Position numbers and translations under genes: made by a program. Below the pieces are notes generated by a model. The model had not been told where the DNA came from and did no database searches. It saw nothing but the letters and a program-made list of their open reading frames with translations. This document shows positions 29,975-39,886 of a DNA stretch of 64,000 bases, piece by piece. The stretch covers positions 224,001-288,000 of the forward strand of contig JAOZFT010000004.1 in NCBI GenBank assembly GCA_027492035.1, written 5' to 3'. Within the stretch, counting starts at the first letter, position 1. Every line of letters begins with the position of its first letter. The DNA comes from Thermoproteota archaeon (GTDB lineage: Archaea > Korarchaeota > JAOZGF01 > JAOZFZ01).

Positions 29975-30046
29975 TGAACCGAGTTTGTCTAAAAGTAACT
30001 TGTAAATGTATGGTCTACATAAGTGCATATCTGATCTGGAAGGAGA

Positions 30047-32008
30047 ATGAGTGAGTTGGAACTAAATAACCCAACAAAGATGTGGAAAAGGAATTTATCA
30101 GTTTTTATGATTAGCTTCTTTTTCGGGATTTTCTGGGCAGTTCTTCAGGTTGTTTTTGAAGTGATAGGTTATTTTTGGCTTGGAGAAATAGCGATAACCG
30201 CAATGATGTTTACTTATCTCCTCTTCTTCGCCATGAACAAGTTAATGAAACAAAAAACAGGGCAATACAGTGACTATGGGTTCGTTTTCGGAACCATTGA
30301 AATGGTTTTCGGCATAGGATACGGTTATCTTTCTCTCCTAATAAGTCTGATTTTCATGGCTGCTTTACCGGAGAAATTCAGCCCAGTAGCGCAGTATCTC
30401 CCAAACTTTTTACTGCCACCCAAATCTAATCTGGAAAATTTTGTGAACGGGGGAGGGTTCAGTTTTTCATCTTGGCTACCACAAATAATTATCTACTTCT
30501 TTCTTGGTCTAACAATGGTTTTCCTTTCGTTTTTCATTGTTTTATGGGTTAGAAAATTCGTAGTAAGGGATAGTAGAGCCGTTTTTCCAATTGCAGAAGC
30601 AGCTTCAATTCTAATTTCTTCTTTTGAAAGAGGAAACAAAAAAGTTTTAAGGTATGTTTTGCTGGGTGTACTTGTAGGTTACTTTTTGCAAGCCTTTAGA
30701 ACCGGACATATTTTGTGGTTTATGGCTCCAGGTTTCCCAACTTTACCTGAGTATCTTGACTTAAGTTCATATTTACAAAAGTATTTACCAGGCGCGTCCT
30801 TAATGCTTGATTTGAGGGTACCAGTATTCGCTTTCTCTTACTTCATTCCTCTAAATGTACAAATAAGCACTTTCATTTTCTCCGTTATAGCCTATCTCAT
30901 GCTATCCCCCCTGGGAGTGAAGCAGGGGATGATTCCTTGGGAACAAGGTAGAACAGGGTTATTTTATCAACTTTCTGCTGGAAGAACAGGGTTCTACTTT
31001 CTTTACCAAGTTATAGGAGGGTTAATAGCTGTTTCTTGCATCCCATTAGTAATAAAGTGGAGTGAAATGAAGAAAACATCTAAAACTGAGAATAAGAGAT
31101 TAAGGGGAGGAAAAGATAAGATACTACCCCAAAATTATCTTTTTATAGGTTTGCTTACCCTCTTTTTGGTTTCAGTAGTTCTGCTGACCTTGTTGAACGT
31201 TTCCTTTTATATAAGCCTATTTATAGTGTTAGCTAATGTCTTATTCGCAATAGCGAATATCTGGGTTTTTTCTTCGTCAAACTTGTTTATTCCTACCAGA
31301 TGGATGGTGACTAGGTCGCTATTTAATTTCTTCTTCCCTACACATGAAATAAATAAAGAAACAGTAGGGAGCGTAGTAGCTTCTCATGTAGTTGGAGAAA
31401 CAGTGCAACCTGTTTCAGTTACTGGAATGGAAACATTTAAATTAGCTTTTAAAGGGAAAATGGAAGGGAGAAAAATGCTTATAGCCCAAATACTTGGAGT
31501 AACTATTGCATTAGCTGTAACCCTCACCTTCACTATATGGCTATCCTCAACTATCGGAACGTTTACCAGAATTTTCCCTTTACAATCTACAGCGCAGCAC
31601 ATACCCCTAGGGATTATAGGGCTTTTCAAGGACAAGTTAAAAGTAGAAAACTGGTCATCAGTTGGTGTAGGATTTATAGTCTCAACCCTCCTATTCTACC
31701 TTGACAAACTCTATCCCTTTTTAGAGCTTTCTCCCTACGGTTTCATATTAGGCCTTTTCTTTGGTACAAGTTACGGCTTCCTTTTCTTTCTAACTGGCTT
31801 ATTTAAAGTAGCAACCAAGAAATATAAAGAAAAGGTTCTACCGTTTATGATTGGGCTAGGTATAGGCAGCATATTAGAAATTATTGTTTTCCTTTTCTCG
31901 TGGGTGATTTTCAACTTAGGTTATAGCTCCTCTACGGTACCTGGTGTAGCATCTATTGTTATTGCAGCTGCTCTTATTTATGTTATAGTGTTTAGTTTAA
32001 GGGAATGA
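30047..32008 (+). CDS. Polytopic membrane protein, OPT-like transporter
   Basis: About 16 hydrophobic segments; FPIAEA and ETFKLA motifs resemble OPT/YSL-related archaeal proteins. Confidence 0.65.
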   Translation: MSELELNNPTKMWKRNLSVFMISFFFGIFWAVLQVVFEVIGYFWLGEIAITAMMFTYLLFFAMNKLMKQKTGQYSDYGFVFGTIEMVFGIGYGYLSLLISLIFMAALPEKFSPVAQYLPNFLLPPKSNLENFVNGGGFSFSSWLPQIIIYFFLGLTMVFLSFFIVLWVRKFVVRDSRAVFPIAEAASILISSFERGNKKVLRYVLLGVLVGYFLQAFRTGHILWFMAPGFPTLPEYLDLSSYLQKYLPGASLMLDLRVPVFAFSYFIPLNVQISTFIFSVIAYLMLSPLGVKQGMIPWEQGRTGLFYQLSAGRTGFYFLYQVIGGLIAVSCIPLVIKWSEMKKTSKTENKRLRGGKDKILPQNYLFIGLLTLFLVSVVLLTLLNVSFYISLFIVLANVLFAIANIWVFSSSNLFIPTRWMVTRSLFNFFFPTHEINKETVGSVVASHVVGETVQPVSVTGMETFKLAFKGKMEGRKMLIAQILGVTIALAVTLTFTIWLSSTIGTFTRIFPLQSTAQHIPLGIIGLFKDKLKVENWSSVGVGFIVSTLLFYLDKLYPFLELSPYGFILGLFFGTSYGFLFFLTGLFKVATKKYKEKVLPFMIGLGIGSILEIIVFLFSWVIFNLGYSSSTVPGVASIVIAAALIYVIVFSLRE

Positions 32009-32070
32009 AAGAAAAAAATTAAATAAACTTTTAAAGAAGGATTTTTTTAAATAAAAGAAGTGGTGAGGAT

Positions 32071-32292
32071 ATGAGGCCTCCTCTTACAGAATTAAGGAAA
32101 GCTATTCAGAGTCAAATAACGGTAAGGTTAAAGGATGGAAAAGAGTATAAAGGCAGACTGGAACAGATAGATGATCACATGAATTTAGTGTTGAGTGGTT
32201 GCACTGAAGTAAGCTGCGACGGTGACCCTGTGAAAAGAATAGGAGATGTATTCCTGCGTGGGAACAATATAATGTTTATTATTCTTGGGTAA
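32071..32292 (+). CDS. Sm-like (LSm/SmAP) protein
   Basis: Sm1 VRLKDGKEYKGRL..IDDHMNLVL; Sm2 VFLRGNNI. Confidence 0.95.
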   Translation: MRPPLTELRKAIQSQITVRLKDGKEYKGRLEQIDDHMNLVLSGCTEVSCDGDPVKRIGDVFLRGNNIMFIILG

Positions 32293-32422
32293 TTTAGTAA
32301 CCTTGCTAAAGACATTTTCTAAACAGTGCCTTATCCTTAACGTGAAAACTCTATTGTATTTTACATTGAATATGTAAGGTTCTTGGAGGCAAAAAGTGAA
32401 AATCAAGCTGTAAAGGGAGAAA

Positions 32423-32539
32423 TGGGCCGGGTGGGATTCGAACCCACGACCTCCGCCCTTTCGATTTCCTTAATCGTCAAGGCGGCATCATCTCTGGAGT
32501 TGTTACTTAAACAACTTAGCCAGGCTAGACTACCGGCCC
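32423..32539 (-). tRNA. tRNA-Val(GAC) with two introns: D-loop 20a/21 (32492..32517) and 37/38 (32459..32474)
   Basis: Acceptor GGGCCGG/CCGGCCC. D-loop intron: CTGG/CCAG helix, CTA and AGA bulges, AGTTGTT/AACAACT stem. Anticodon intron helix TTGA/TCGA. Confidence 0.92.
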
Positions 32540-32652
32540 ATTGTTGCTACACTTAAAGATTAAACTTAAGCACTGAGAAAAATTATTTTACTCCTCTATA
32601 TAAAAAATTTTCCTCTCGGTAGGGAGGTTGTTACAAAATCATCACTTTATTC

Positions 32653-33027
32653 TCACAAAATCTTATTTTTTGCAGGTTCTATAGATAGGTAAACGCTTGC
32701 ACTCGACTCAATTTCTTTAAAAATGCTTTTTTCTCCACGAAATATAGCCAGTAATCCACCAAAAGAGAAAACAACTGCTTTATCGCTGTATTGTTTAAGT
32801 AAACGTCCTTTCATAAGTATCCTTTCTTCACTACTTTTTTCAGGCTTATTTGTTGAGAGATTAACAACATAGATAGATGAACTCCTTAAATAAGGCAAAA
32901 AATCCCTTGGCAGATCTACTTCTAATGAAATCTTCCTCTCTAGCGAAATAAAGGAGCAGGTAACTATTTTTTTCAGCTTTGTTGAGGCTTTCTTCTCCAG
33001 CTTACATTCTAAGTTTAAAAGCAACAT
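32653..33027 (-). CDS. rpo8: RNA polymerase subunit Rpo8 (RpoG/RPB8)
   Basis: OB-fold size; ILMKG...VFSFGGLL, the RPB8 GGLL signature; RBS GGAGGTG. Confidence 0.8.
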   Translation of the reverse strand: MLLLNLECKLEKKASTKLKKIVTCSFISLERKISLEVDLPRDFLPYLRSSSIYVVNLSTNKPEKSSEERILMKGRLLKQYSDKAVVFSFGGLLAIFRGEKSIFKEIESSASVYLSIEPAKNKIL

Positions 33028-33251
33028 ACACCTCCTCTCTACCCAAGAATCAAAAATCACCCCTTCGCTTTTTCTAGGGCCCAGAAACTAAGATCAAAAA
33101 ATAATATCATAATTCTAAAAAGTGAAAGAGAAAATTTTGGAGGGAAGGGATAAGTTTAAAGAAGCATTTTTAAACATTATTTACCCCACTATTTAAAAGT
33201 TTAAGGTAAGGAATCAGGATATGGAAAAAATAGCATTTTACTTCCCTTATT

Positions 33252-34061
33252 GTGGTGAGAAAAACAGTGCAAAGGACCCTCTTCAAATTCATCTATAAAC
33301 TTAGTTCTTTCTTCGGCAGACCCATTTATGAGAGATACCTATACAATGAAGTAAAGAGAGGTAAAGTGCCTAAACATATAGGGATAATTCTTGACGGAAA
33401 CCGCAGGTACGCTATTGAAAAAGGAAAAGAGCCTTGGTGGGGACATTACCGTGGAGCGGAGAAATTAAAAGAAACGTTAGAGTGGTGCCTTGAATTAGGA
33501 ATAAGAAATGTCACAGTTTATGCTTTTTCTACAGAGAACAGTGGAAGGTCAAAAAAGGAGGTAGAAAATCTCTTCAAACTTTTCATTGAAAAATTAAAAG
33601 AAGCCTCAGAAGATGAAAGGATACACAGGAATAAAGTTAGAATAAAGATTTTTGGTAAAAGAGAATACTTGCCCAATGACTTAAAAGAAGCAATAAAAGA
33701 AGCTGAAGAGAAAACAAAGGATTACAGCAATTACCTACTTGGGATATGTCTCCTATATGGTGGAAGACAAGAAATAGTTGATGCTGTAAAGAGGATAGCT
33801 TTAAGTGTTAAGCAGGGGAGAATTGAACCTGAAGAAATATCTGAAAAGGTAATTGAGGAAAACCTTTACACGCAAGGAATGCCTGATCCTGACCTAATAA
33901 TAAGAACTTCAGGGGAAGAAAGGCTAAGTAACTTTCTACTTTGGCAATCTGCATATTCAGAACTGTATTTTTGTGAAACATACTTTCCTGAATTCCGGAA
34001 GATAGATTTCTTAAGAGCAATAAGGGATTATCAAAGGAGAAAAAGGAGATTTGGGAAATAA
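33252..34061 (+). CDS. uppS: cis-prenyltransferase (polyprenyl diphosphate synthase)
   Basis: HIGIILDGNRR, YAFSTEN, YGGRQEI, IRTSGEERLSNFLLWQ, RRFG motifs. Confidence 0.96.
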   Translation: MVRKTVQRTLFKFIYKLSSFFGRPIYERYLYNEVKRGKVPKHIGIILDGNRRYAIEKGKEPWWGHYRGAEKLKETLEWCLELGIRNVTVYAFSTENSGRSKKEVENLFKLFIEKLKEASEDERIHRNKVRIKIFGKREYLPNDLKEAIKEAEEKTKDYSNYLLGICLLYGGRQEIVDAVKRIALSVKQGRIEPEEISEKVIEENLYTQGMPDPDLIIRTSGEERLSNFLLWQSAYSELYFCETYFPEFRKIDFLRAIRDYQRRKRRFGK

Positions 34062-34153
34062 ATCACTTTGAAAAGTTTTAAAAGTAATAGTTCAAAAAAA
34101 TAATTAACTTGGAAAGGTATCTTTAGGAAAAAATTCCATCCTATTTCTGGAAA

Positions 34154-34672
34154 ATGGGTGAGGAGGAGAGGTTGCTCTACAAAGTAACAACTTTAAAGAA
34201 GCAAGTTAAACAATTGACCAAAATTAAAAAGAAGAAAAAGAAAATTTATCTTGTAATCGACGGGCCAAACATTCTTAGGAAGGATTTACCCACTTCCCTT
34301 TCCCTTATTAAGTCAGTCTTAGATGATTTAGGAGACTTAAGAGTCGGTGTAGTCATACTAAACAGAAATGCACCGGAAAAACTAATTGAAGCAGTTACCA
34401 ACCATGGATTTAAGGCTGTTGTTTCCCCTGGCGACCCAATGGTAACCTTAACCATAACAGCCATGGAATTAATTCATGATTCTAAGGCAGATATTTTTGC
34501 GTTGGCTACTAGGAAAGCTGATTTCCTTCCATTGATTATTAAAGCTAAAGAAAAAGGGTTAGAAACTATAATAATAGGTGCTGAGCCTGGATTCAGTGTT
34601 GCACTTCAAAACGCAGCTGATTACTCAATTAACTTAAGCAGAGTAGGGGAAAAAGGAAACGAAAACAGTTAA
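34154..34672 (+). CDS. NYN-domain protein (TIGR00288-like)
   Basis: IDGPNILRK, KLIEAVTNHGF, ATRKADF, GAEPGFSVALQNAAD. Confidence 0.85.
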   Translation: MGEEERLLYKVTTLKKQVKQLTKIKKKKKKIYLVIDGPNILRKDLPTSLSLIKSVLDDLGDLRVGVVILNRNAPEKLIEAVTNHGFKAVVSPGDPMVTLTITAMELIHDSKADIFALATRKADFLPLIIKAKEKGLETIIIGAEPGFSVALQNAADYSINLSRVGEKGNENS

Positions 34673-34765
34673 ACCTTCTGTCGAAGATAATGGAAAGCAA
34701 AGAATGAATTTAAAAAGAAATAGAAACTTAAAAAAATATGTAGTGACATAGAGTAGTGGATTCTA

Positions 34766-35974
34766 ATGCAACCACCATCTGAAACTTCTTATCTGCGGGT
34801 GGGCTTAAAATATAACCCCTTCTTTTTCCTTTCAAGTGAAGCTATACAAACTTCTCTTCCAATAGAAATAGAGAAAATACATGTATCCTCCGACATAGAC
34901 ACCAAAATAGCCTCAGCACTAAGGGACTCCATAGTCAACAAAAAAAGGAAACTAATTTTCTTAACTGGGGTGTTTGGGTTAGGGAAAACAGAAAGGGCAA
35001 AACTCATCAAAAAAATACTTGAAGAGAAGGGGTTCATTGCAGTGTATATTAAAATAGATACTTCAAACCCGAAAACTCTTGTTCACGTGATACTAAGGGA
35101 ACTAATAAATAAACACCAAGAAATTTACAGCATCCCCTTCTTAGGAAAACTGAAAAAAAGCGAGTTGCATAATGAAATAAGTGTTAGTAACTTGGTTACG
35201 AACCCAGAAAAAACCTTGTTGAAAGTTAAAAAAATCATTAATGAACTTTCCCCTTTTGCTTTGATTTGTGACGAATTAGAAAATGTTTTCCATGCTCATG
35301 TAGATGAACAAAAATTTTTCTTTTCATTCCTTCTTTCTCTCTACAAAATGATGCCTACTAACTCTCTTCTGGTGGTTGCATGCATACCTGCTGCCTTAAA
35401 CCTGTTAAAAAGCTTAAAAAATGACTTTTACCAAGAAATAAATGAAGTAATTCATTTAACTCCTTTAAAAGGGAATGAAAGCCTAAAACTGGTTGAAAAA
35501 AGGATTCAATTAGCTAGAGACAAGAATTTCAACATGGAAAATCCACTTTACCCCTTTACCCAAGAAGCAATTCTTTACGCAAACGAAGTAGCGAAAGGAA
35601 ACGCTAGATACCTACTTAAAATATTAAGAACAGCCTTAGCCACACTAATAGCTGACCCTAATAAGGAAATCGTGGATAAAAAGTTTATAGAGAAAGTTGT
35701 TAAAAACCTTAGATATGAAAAAGCAATAAAGAAAGAAGCTAAAAAGAAAATTAAAGAAGAAGTAATACCACAGGAGTACCTAAATGAACTGAAAGTAATA
35801 ATTAACGAATTTGAAGGAGGGCCTGTTAACTATATCCAGTTAGCGAAAATAAATAAGATACCTGCTGTTTTACAGCTTAGGAAACTGAAAGAAATGGAAA
35901 AAAAGGGTTTAGTGATGGAAGAAGCCGGTAGATTCTACATAAAAGAAGAAATAAAAAGGAGAATACAGAAATAA
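34766..35974 (+). CDS. AAA+ ATPase with C-terminal winged helix
   Basis: GLKYNPF, Walker A GVFGLGKT, Walker B ICDELE, YPFT..A...GNAR lid, wHTH-like tail. Confidence 0.8.
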   Translation: MQPPSETSYLRVGLKYNPFFFLSSEAIQTSLPIEIEKIHVSSDIDTKIASALRDSIVNKKRKLIFLTGVFGLGKTERAKLIKKILEEKGFIAVYIKIDTSNPKTLVHVILRELINKHQEIYSIPFLGKLKKSELHNEISVSNLVTNPEKTLLKVKKIINELSPFALICDELENVFHAHVDEQKFFFSFLLSLYKMMPTNSLLVVACIPAALNLLKSLKNDFYQEINEVIHLTPLKGNESLKLVEKRIQLARDKNFNMENPLYPFTQEAILYANEVAKGNARYLLKILRTALATLIADPNKEIVDKKFIEKVVKNLRYEKAIKKEAKKKIKEEVIPQEYLNELKVIINEFEGGPVNYIQLAKINKIPAVLQLRKLKEMEKKGLVMEEAGRFYIKEEIKRRIQK

Positions 35975-36031
35975 ATATATCCCTAGAGTAAGCTATAGTT
36001 ATCCCTTATCTGATTTCTTTTGTAAATTGAG

Positions 36032-36105
36032 GGCCGGAGGCGGGATTTGAACCCGCGTCGAGGGCTCCACAGGCCCCTAGGCTACCAGGCTGCCCCACCC
36101 CGGCC
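36032..36105 (-). tRNA. tRNA-His(GTG) with genome-encoded G-1
   Basis: G + GCCGGGG/CTCCGGC + C73; anticodon loop CTGTGGA. Confidence 0.95.
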
Positions 36106-36451
36106 ACATGTTAAAGAAAGGCTTCAACCTTATAGTGAAGTGTTGAATAATATTTTTTGTTTTAAATAGGTTTTTCAAAGGAAAGCTCAGAAGAGCACTT
36201 TTCCATATGGCTCTCTTTTTTTTAAAAATTTTCTTCTTCATTTAAATGCTTTCACTTTTTACTGCTCTTTTTCATTTATTCTCAAGAATTAAAATTCTTG
36301 AGCCCTATGCTGGGAGAGTTATTCTGAAGTTGTTCGGATCTAAAACACTAAAACTCTCGTTATTTAATGCATCATACAGTATAACACTGCGATTAAAAAG
36401 GCAAATTTAATATACATGAATTTCGTCTGTTTTGAAAATTAATCATCACTA

Positions 36452-37080
36452 TTACGTTATATTCTGTAGAGTCTTTATAGGGATGAATACAAATAATTTA
36501 TCAAATTCATAATAGTTTGATCTAAATATTCCTTTTACTTTAAATTTAGCTTTTATGCCGTTTGGGAATAACAAATAGAAGGTATCACTAACCTTTAAAT
36601 GCATTTCATTTGCTAGTCTATATCCCAAGATAGCTTCATATCCGTTATCATCTGAGAGATAGGTTCCAGAAACTATTATCTTTTTAATATCAGTTACACT
36701 AGACTCATTTTCTGGCGAAATTCCTATGGCTCTACAAAACATTGTACTTGGCAAATTATTTAAATAAATTAATGCATCTGTATTAACTCTAGTTGAAATT
36801 CCAACTATATTTCTTGAGATACTGAAATTTTTTATTAATTTGTGAATAATTTCTTTGGAATTATCTATATAAGCAGTATCCTTAATAGGGAGTATTTTCA
36901 TATGTGCAGTATACAAGTTAATTGTTTTATTTGCTATATCTTCACTCCATCCTGTCATCAAAGCATCGGTAACGACATATGCAATAACACCAGTAGATAT
37001 GGCAATAATTATTAAAGTAATTTTCCATTTTTTTTAGCATATAACTCTTTTTTAGCTATAAAAAAAGCTGCTCTCAACAT
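36452..37080 (-). pseudogene. FtsX/LolE/MacB-type ABC permease fragment, frameshifted and 3'-truncated
   Basis: MLRAAFFIAKKELYAKK / WKITLIIIAISTGV...ALMTG split at an A8 run (about 37028..37035). Periplasmic-domain motif ILGYRLA...LKVSD...FKVKGIF, then stop. Very AT-rich. Confidence 0.75.
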
Positions 37081-37509
37081 ATATCATTCACAACTATTGT
37101 TTATCTATACATAACATATATAAATATTAATTTAAAAGAATAAAGCATAACGATTTTTGTTCCGAAAGTCTGTTCTATATGAGAATTCTCCCAAGCTGGG
37201 TTCTAATTAAGATGTAGAAGGTCATTAAGCATTAAAGCCGCCTGGAGATTAAGGAGAGGAAGAAGGAATTATTGAGGATGATTGCCCCAGAAATGATTAG
37301 GCAGATGATACAGAAGAAAGTTGAGAGGATTCTTTCAATGTACCTGCCTAGAGATAAAGTTGTTGAAGCTGAGAAGATTGGGGTAGTATGAGATGCGAGT
37401 TCCAAAGTATTCAAGAGCTTATGGAATATGTAGAGAAGGAGGCTTGGAGAAGAGCGAAGGCTATACTGGAAAAGAATGGTATAAAGGTACAAGCACCAAA
37501 ATTGAACAG

Positions 37510-37646
37510 TGGTGCGGGGGGTGGGATTTGAACCCACGCAGAGCTTCTCACTAGGTATCTTGCACATGAAGTAAGACCTAAGCCTAGCGCCTTTGGCCGT
37601 AACCGTCAATGTTTGGTCTACTTTGACCAGGCTCGGCAACCCCCGC
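37510..37646 (-). tRNA. tRNA-Leu(TAG) with two introns: 21/22 (37593..37622) and 37/38 (37557..37576); CCA encoded
   Basis: Acceptor GCGGGGG/CCCCCGC-ACCA. D-loop BHB: GGTC/GGCC helix with AAA bulges. Stem CTAGG/CCTAG. Confidence 0.91.
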
Positions 37647-37655
37647 AGTTTATGA

Positions 37656-37730
37656 TGCCCCGGGCGGGATTTGAACCCGCGTCAATGGCTCGAAAGGCCA
37701 TTATGCTTAACCGGGCTACACCACCGGGGC
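37656..37730 (-). tRNA. tRNA-Glu(TTC), intronless
   Basis: Cloverleaf GCCCCGG/CCGGGGC; loop CTTTCGA. Confidence 0.96.
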
Positions 37731-37736
37731 TTATGA

Positions 37737-37826
37737 CGCCGCCGGCAGGATTTGAACCTGCGACCATCTGGTGGCTGCACTTAATTTTTAACAGCCAGAC
37801 GCTCCACCGGGCTGAGCTACGGCGGC
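37737..37826 (-). tRNA. tRNA-Asn(GTT) with 16-nt intron at 37/38 (37773..37788)
   Basis: Acceptor GCCGCCG/CGGCGGC; stem TCTGG/CCAGA; helix CTGT/GCAG. Confidence 0.94.
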
Positions 37827-37905
37827 TGCCTTTTTAGAGTTGTTGATAACCTTTTTTAGTCCCTTTTTCTTTTTAAAATTTATTAGTTTGATAAGGTTTT
37901 CCCTC

Positions 37906-38451
37906 TCACACCTTTAAATTTTTTTCTTTTCTAGCTCTTTGTCTTCTTTCAAGAAACGAATAGACTGAATTGTGAGGTGCACCATTCAGTAATAGTTGTA
38001 TAGCCCTTTTTGCATCTAGAACATTAAGGTAAGGACCTATTATAGAAACTGTTTTCCCGTACACGGAAATGAAGGTGGATGTATACTTTTCAATTTTTTC
38101 TCTTGCTTTGCCGTTTTTACCTATTATTCGGCCGCGTAATCTTACTAATGAATTTTTTGACCGTCCTGAGTATTCCTCTAAATCTATTATTTCGAGTGTG
38201 TTTTCTTCATCTAACAATTTCAGGGCTTTTTCCGGCGTGAATCCTCTAGCTATCGCTAATATCACATTTTTTGCTGTTAAAGTGTTCATAGCGTCGGCAT
38301 TGTTTATAGGTGTTATTTTTACTTCTCCTGTTTGACTGTCTACCTCGATAATTGTTTTTGTTAATTTCTGTATCTTTGTTTTTGTTTCCCCCTTTTTACC
38401 AATTACTACTCCTATTCTTTGTTTAGGTATGATAATTTCAACGGGGTTCAT
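37906..38451 (-). CDS. KH-domain ribosome biogenesis protein (Dim2/Pno1)
   Basis: RIGVVIGKKG, AIARGF.PE, GRIIGKNG, GAPH..VY; adjacent to rio1. Confidence 0.93.
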   Translation of the reverse strand: MNPVEIIIPKQRIGVVIGKKGETKTKIQKLTKTIIEVDSQTGEVKITPINNADAMNTLTAKNVILAIARGFTPEKALKLLDEENTLEIIDLEEYSGRSKNSLVRLRGRIIGKNGKAREKIEKYTSTFISVYGKTVSIIGPYLNVLDAKRAIQLLLNGAPHNSVYSFLERRQRARKEKNLKV

Positions 38452-39163
38452 TCCCCTTACCTTCTTTTAAAAGTTGCTTCAGGAAAGATAAAGGGTCACC
38501 AGTTGTGACTCCATTTTTTTTAAAGAAGAAAAATATTCTTTCAATGTCTCTCCTTAAAAAATCTAAGGCATAAGGATGCGAAGATAAAACAGCTTGTGAA
38601 ACATCTATTATAAAAGGGATGTCCCAAATCAAGATATTATATTCACTTAAGTCTCCATGGACAAGGTTTGCATTCTTATACATTTTTTCTATGTCCTTCT
38701 TTATAAGGGTGAAGATTTTATTTGCATCGTTGATCTCTATGTCTTTAAGTAAAGGTGCTGGAGTGCCTTTTTCTCCAATAAACTTCATTACAAGGATGTT
38801 TTTTTTGCAGATGATGGGTTTTGGGACATTTACTCCTGCATCGTACATCCTTTTAAGGTTTTTGTATTCTTTAAGGGCCCATAAGTAAACGAGATGCTTC
38901 ATGTCTTTCTTCATTCTTTTAAACCTTAGATCTCCTTCAATATATACTCTTCTCTCTTTAAAGTTACTGGTTAATGTTTTATAAACTTTGATAGCAACTT
39001 CCTTTGCACTCTTTCTCCCATGAAGCAGCACAGCCTCTTTACCTGAATTAATAATTCCCCCTACTTCAGTTATAAATTTCTTTCGGATTAATGTGTAAAG
39101 TGTGAGTAAGGTTTCTTTATCGAAAATGCCTCCATAAATTTTCAAGTCCTCTTTTGTCTTCAT
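38438..39163 (-). CDS. rio1: RIO1 serine kinase/ATPase
   Basis: NSGKEA, AIKVY, WALKEYKNL, LVHGDLSEYNIL, IIDVSQAV. Frame is open upstream to CTG 39208. Confidence 0.95.
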   Translation of the reverse strand: MKTKEDLKIYGGIFDKETLLTLYTLIRKKFITEVGGIINSGKEAVLLHGRKSAKEVAIKVYKTLTSNFKERRVYIEGDLRFKRMKKDMKHLVYLWALKEYKNLKRMYDAGVNVPKPIICKKNILVMKFIGEKGTPAPLLKDIEINDANKIFTLIKKDIEKMYKNANLVHGDLSEYNILIWDIPFIIDVSQAVLSSHPYALDFLRRDIERIFFFFKKNGVTTGDPLSFLKQLLKEGKGNEPR

Positions 39164-39209
39164 CCTCCTTTTAGTTTTTCTTCTAAGCAGTTTATCTTCT
39201 GCATCCAGT

Positions 39210-39551
39210 TTAAAGCTCCTCCGTAACTCCCTTAATAAAGTCTAAATACCCCTTCCTTTTAAGCCATCCCACTTGTGAAGAAGTATATCTATGTACTATA
39301 TCTCCTTTTTTTGGTTGAAACGGCCAAAGAGCTACTAAAACAATGTCCCCCTCTTTCATCCAGACCCTTTTCCTAATCCTGCCAGGTATCCTGCAGAATC
39401 TAGTGACTCCATCCGAGCAAAAAACCTTTAAGTGTCCAGCCCCTAGAAATTCAGTTATTATACCTAGCTTTTCTTCTTTTACAGGCAAAATTATTTTGCG
39501 CCCTATTTCTTCATCTGTTTCTCTTTGAACTGTTTTCCTTTTTTTACCCAT
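39210..39551 (-). CDS. eif1a: Translation initiation factor aIF-1A
   Basis: LGAGHLKVFCSDG..R.CRIPGRIRKRVWMKEGDIVLV..W motif. Confidence 0.95.
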   Translation of the reverse strand: MGKKRKTVQRETDEEIGRKIILPVKEEKLGIITEFLGAGHLKVFCSDGVTRFCRIPGRIRKRVWMKEGDIVLVALWPFQPKKGDIVHRYTSSQVGWLKRKGYLDFIKGVTEEL

Positions 39552-39563
39552 TCTGATCAACTG

Positions 39564-39872
39564 TTAAGGTTTCACTATTTGAACATGCAGAACTCCCCCT
39601 ATGTTTTTTGAAAATTTTTTGTTTAACACCCCTTTTTTGTCAAGTTCAGTTATTATTTTTGTCCCGAAGATGTTGATTATATCACTCTGGCCCATTAGAT
39701 CAATTATTTCTTTCAGATTTTTTCTCCCTCCATCATAAAACTCTTTATTTATTTCTATTTTTAAACCATTTTGGTAAATTTTTTTGCCAAGAATTTCTAA
39801 GTCACAAATTGCTAGTATAGTTTTTCCATTTTTAATATGTACCTTGGTACAGAAAACAAGGTTGCTGTTCAT
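39564..39872 (-). CDS. DUF424 family protein
   Basis: ILAICDLEILGK, EFYDG, IINIFG, IGGVLHVQ; usual position between eif2b and eif1a. Confidence 0.85.
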   Translation of the reverse strand: MNSNLVFCTKVHIKNGKTILAICDLEILGKKIYQNGLKIEINKEFYDGGRKNLKEIIDLMGQSDIINIFGTKIITELDKKGVLNKKFSKNIGGVLHVQIVKP

Positions 39873-39886
39873 TTACAGCCCTTTTC

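Noticed and set aside
29971-30034. Possible C/D box sRNA (GTAATGA...CTGA)
   Set aside because: The C box is imperfect, there is no clear C'/D' pair and no identifiable guide target.
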